Shown: positions 60,614 through 64,000 of the stretch, one piece after another
How the letters are laid out: every line of letters starts with the position of its first letter
Position numbering within the stretch: position 1 is the stretch's first letter
NCBI GenBank assembly: GCA_963772835.1
Contig: CAVYYZ010000024.1
Location: forward strand, 128,001-192,000
Reading direction: 5' to 3'
Origin: an uncultured delta proteobacterium
GTDB lineage: Bacteria > Desulfobacterota > Desulfuromonadia > Geobacterales > Pseudopelobacteraceae
Length of the DNA: 64,000 nucleotides
Made by a program: the position numbers and the translations under genes
Notes under the pieces: generated by a model
What the model was told of the DNA's origin: nothing
Database searches by the model: none
Seen by the model: the letters and a program-made list of their open reading frames with translations, nothing else

Positions 60614-61143
60614 AAACGTACCTCCTCCCTGGGAAATGCCTCTATAAAAAGAGTATTTTAATTCTGCGTATGAATTTCTGACCGGTGTATATACCTGTAT
60701 CAAACCTTTGCAGTCAACAAAAAGTGCGGCCTTGATTGTGAAAATATCGGCGGTACACTGTACGTATAAAATCACCCGGGTAGTATGAGTTATGTACCGA
60801 TTAATTGTGCTATCGGAATAATCGGGCAATCCTTCAAAAGGAGACTTTCCAGCAATGTTTGCTCCAGGATTTTCTGATGACGGGATGTTGAACGCGGAAA
60901 CAGAAATATTTTTTCCAATCGGTTTTTGAAGTCGTTGTTCAAATATATATAGTAATCCGGTAAAGCCTGGATTAGTGTTGCGGAAAAGTCGGCTCATTCG
61001 CTCAGAGAACCTTTTTTTCACTGCTTGCTGCGGAAACTTCCCGGTGAGGTGGACGTGTGAATATCGCCGGTTTTCAGTAGGTGGCATGAGCCCGGCGCAC
61101 AGACACTCACAACCGGACGTACAAAACATGACAGGAGAACACT

Positions 61144-62286
61144 TTGGCATCAAACTCCTTACAGGCTGAGGGGCTTACCCGTACGGCCCTGGCTCTTCTT
61201 TTTATGGCTGTTCTCGTCGCGGCAAGCTTCTGGATACTGCACCCTTTCTTTACTGCACTCCTTTGGGCGGCCATGATCGTCGTCTCAACCTGGTCTCTCA
61301 TGCTGAGAGTGCAGGCCCTGCTCTGGGGCAGGAGATCACTCGCTGTGGCGGCCATGACGCTGCTGCTGCTCATGGCTTTTATCCTGCCGTTTCTGCTTGC
61401 AGTTGGAACCATAGTTCAAAATTCCCAGGAAATTGCCGACTGGATAAAGTCGCTTGCAACGGTTTCCATTCCGACACCTCCCGACTGGATCGGGACAGTC
61501 CCAATCGTCGGCAGAAAAATTTTACAGCAATGGCAGCATGTCATCGCCATCGGCCCGGCCGGAGCCACCGCCTTCCTGACACCCTATGCCGGCAAGGCAT
61601 TGAGCTGGGCTGCGTCTACATCCGGTAGTGTCGGCATGATGGCAATAGAATTTTTCCTGACGGTTTTTATCGCCGCTATTTTCTACGTGTGCGGGGATAG
61701 TGCCGCTGCGTGGCTATCACGTTTTGCCCAGCGCATAGCCGGGCATGCCGGTAGTAGCTCTCTGCTCCTCGCTGCCAGTGCTATCCGGTCTGTTGCCCTC
61801 GGGGTAGTCGGAACCGCAATTATTCAGGCGATGCTGAGCGGATTAGGGTTGGCAATCTGCGGGGTCCCGGCCGCAAGCCTCCTTACGGCAATTATCTTTA
61901 TGAGCTGTCTGGCTCAGCTGGGGCCGGTGCTGGTGATGATTCCCGCGGTGCTCTGGCTTTTCTGGACGGACCAGGCATCATGGGGTATAGCCCTCGCTGC
62001 CTGGACACTCTTTCTCGGCGTTATTGACAACGTCATCAGGCCTATCCTGATGAAAAAGGGGGCTGATCTCCCGATGCTGCTTGTTTTTGCAGGGGTGACC
62101 GGCGGATTGATTGTTTTTGGTATCATCGGACTTTTCATCGGCCCGGTTGTTCTTGCCGTTACCTATACCCTTCTTGATGCGTGGGTTATGAACGACGAAC
62201 CGGTTGGAGATCAGGCCGGCTGTGCAGCACAGCCGGTGAATATTCAGCGGCAGGAACCGGGTCCGGAAACGGGAGGGGAGGTATGA
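61144..62286 (+). CDS. AI-2E family transporter (YdiK-like)
   Basis: PF..ALLWA.MIVV.TW, PP.W...VP.VG, IR.VALGVVGTA..QA, DNVIRP.L...G.DLP.LL...GV.GG...FG.IGLFIGPV. Confidence 0.9.
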   Translation: MASNSLQAEGLTRTALALLFMAVLVAASFWILHPFFTALLWAAMIVVSTWSLMLRVQALLWGRRSLAVAAMTLLLLMAFILPFLLAVGTIVQNSQEIADWIKSLATVSIPTPPDWIGTVPIVGRKILQQWQHVIAIGPAGATAFLTPYAGKALSWAASTSGSVGMMAIEFFLTVFIAAIFYVCGDSAAAWLSRFAQRIAGHAGSSSLLLAASAIRSVALGVVGTAIIQAMLSGLGLAICGVPAASLLTAIIFMSCLAQLGPVLVMIPAVLWLFWTDQASWGIALAAWTLFLGVIDNVIRPILMKKGADLPMLLVFAGVTGGLIVFGIIGLFIGPVVLAVTYTLLDAWVMNDEPVGDQAGCAAQPVNIQRQEPGPETGGEV

Positions 62287-62431
62287 GCCCTCAGGAAGGC
62301 ATCGTTTTGATGCCGCTCCGCCTTTCGGCCGGCTGTTCTCCGGCTGCCCGTGGTGTCTGCTGCACAGGGTACCGCAGCCGGCACCTGCCGCTATTAACGC
62401 CCTCCCCCCCGCTTTGAGGCATCATTCTGAT

Positions 62432-64000
62432 ATGCATACCTCTTCCTCTGATATTTCTCTTGTGCGTACGCTTCTCACTGTCTACCTGAGCATGTTCCTT
62501 GTCTTAACCCCCGCTGCGCAGCTGTTGGCAGGTGAACCGGTGTCGGTGCGTGTGTCAGGAATCGAGGGGGATGCGTTGAAAAACGTCGAAGCCGCACTTG
62601 TTATTCCCGCCGGAATCGTCAAGGACGGCACGGTGGACAAACTCTGGCTTGAGCATTTTGTCCGCCAGGCCGATGGCAGAGTCCGGAAAGCACTGGAGCC
62701 GTTCGGCTACTATGGCCCGCGGATCACGACCTCACTGGAGGGAAGCGGGAAGACGGAACAGATACTGCTGGTCACGGTTGCCGCGGGTGAACCGACCCGT
62801 CTGACAGAGGTGAAGCTGAAGCTGCAGGGACCCGGGAGCGCTGAGCCGCAGCTCCTTGAAAAGGTGGCGTCCTTTCCGCTCCGACGAGGCGATATTCTGC
62901 TCCATGAACTGTATGGACAGGCGACGGATGATCTGCTCGCGACGGCCCGGAAACTGGGTTATCTGGATACGGTGTTATCGGTTCACGAAATTCAGGTGGA
63001 TCCGGCTACGATGTCCGCCCGGATCATCGTGGTGCTGGAGAGCGGGCCCCGCTATCTATTCGGTGAAGCAACAATCGAAGGTGCGACATATTATCCGGAG
63101 GAACTGCTGCGCCGGTATGTATCCTTCACGGCGGGGGAACCCTTTTCTTATAAAGCACTGGGTCAGACCCAGCTCAATTTCGCCGGCAGCGCCTATTTTA
63201 AAAACATCAACATTATTCCCGATAAGGAGGCGGCCTCGGAACTCCGGGTGCCGGTGACCATACAGGTTGTTCCGGCTCCGCGTCGAACCATCCGCCCCGG
63301 CATCGGTTACGGAACTGATACCGGGGCCCGTGCTTCTGTCAGCTACAAGGATTTGAGCCTGTTATACCCCGGCAACATCCTCAATACAGAGATTACCGTT
63401 GCAGAGAAGCTGCAGGGGATCGGCTCCTCCTACACCATTCCCAGCCGGCAGAGCATGGAAACATTCTCCACAATCCAGCTTAATCTTCAGCGTGAGAACG
63501 TCAACGATACCGTGAGCAGGCTCGCTTCGCTGGAACTGAGCCGGACGACAGGGTTCGGTGACCACCGTCTCGGCACGGCCTTTATCAGGCTTCAGCAGGA
63601 GCAATACAGCGTCGGAGTTGAAGACAACACCTCGCACCTGCTGCTTCCGGGACTTCGATTTTCCCAGCGCAGCTACGATGACCTGATTCGTCCGAAGCAG
63701 GGATATCACTACGCGCTTGAGACGCTCGGGACCGTGCGTGCACTTGGTTCTGATGCAAGCTTTATCCAGTTCACCGCCGAAGCCGGAGGGATTATAGCAC
63801 TTCCCTGGCGTACATCACTCAAAACAAGAGCCAAAGGGGGCGCCACTATTCTGGATGACCCGTTTGCCGATCTGCCTACTTCACTGCGCTTCTTCGCCGG
63901 TGGCGACAGCAGCGTGCGCGGTTATTCGTACAAATCACTGGGTCCCAGAGATGCAAGCGGTGAGGTGGTCGGCGGCAGGAACCTGTTGCAGGGGAGTATC
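62432..64000 (+). CDS. tamA: TamA / Omp85-family autotransporter assembly protein (3'-truncated by window edge)
   Basis: Open frame from ATG 62432 (absent from the ORF track because it has no stop): ALEPFGYY POTRA, GIGYGTDTG, RFFAGGDSSVRGYSYKSLGP. Confidence 0.88.
   Translation, partial: MHTSSSDISLVRTLLTVYLSMFLVLTPAAQLLAGEPVSVRVSGIEGDALKNVEAALVIPAGIVKDGTVDKLWLEHFVRQADGRVRKALEPFGYYGPRITTSLEGSGKTEQILLVTVAAGEPTRLTEVKLKLQGPGSAEPQLLEKVASFPLRRGDILLHELYGQATDDLLATARKLGYLDTVLSVHEIQVDPATMSARIIVVLESGPRYLFGEATIEGATYYPEELLRRYVSFTAGEPFSYKALGQTQLNFAGSAYFKNINIIPDKEAASELRVPVTIQVVPAPRRTIRPGIGYGTDTGARASVSYKDLSLLYPGNILNTEITVAEKLQGIGSSYTIPSRQSMETFSTIQLNLQRENVNDTVSRLASLELSRTTGFGDHRLGTAFIRLQQEQYSVGVEDNTSHLLLPGLRFSQRSYDDLIRPKQGYHYALETLGTVRALGSDASFIQFTAEAGGIIALPWRTSLKTRAKGGATILDDPFADLPTSLRFFAGGDSSVRGYSYKSLGPRDASGEVVGGRNLLQGSI

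Noticed and set aside
60614..61153. 240-aa ORF 60431..61153
   Set aside because: The upstream 180 codons look non-coding and overlap the AI-2E promoter region; a strong RBS supports only the last 60 codons
62283..62417. 44-codon ORF overlapping the AI-2E stop with a strong RBS
   Set aside because: No recognisable family; probably a remnant or chance ORF, so not listed as a feature

Overview
A 64-kb chromosomal segment that looks like a Geobacteraceae/Desulfuromonadales genome, judged from gene content and order. Most of it is housekeeping: CCA-adding enzyme, gluQ, fba, panBC, a partial nuoH-ankyrin-nuoIJKL block, engB-folE2-DUF2064-mqnB, yggS/maf, glcD, greB, ubiD/ubiA/ubiX, hppA, a KdpDE-like two-component pair, an IclR-DUF485-actP acetate-uptake locus, glgA/tal, por (nifJ), recR-ybaB-dnaX, SRP RNA, tRNA-Ser, nadA and tamA. 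A small AT-richer islet after tRNA-Pro carries BrnT/BrnA and an IHF/HU gene but no integrase. There is no CRISPR array, intact IS or prophage. Three genes carry single-base indels (kdpD-like, actP, DUF3443), and several decayed gene remnants are visible. The most interesting unannotated signals: (i) two candidate small RNAs, each with its own sigma70 promoter, terminator and anti-Shine-Dalgarno CCUCC motifs; (ii) a roughly 120-nt group IIC intron remnant right after a terminator; (iii) KdpE-box-like repeats linking a truncated KdpDE pair next to a K+-independent H+-PPase with two small orphan genes; (iv) a DUF2844/DUF3443 pair whose large partner has pepsin-like catalytic motifs; (v) a pan-motif attenuator and an HcpR-box redox cluster. 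All family assignments come from motif recognition by eye, not database searches.
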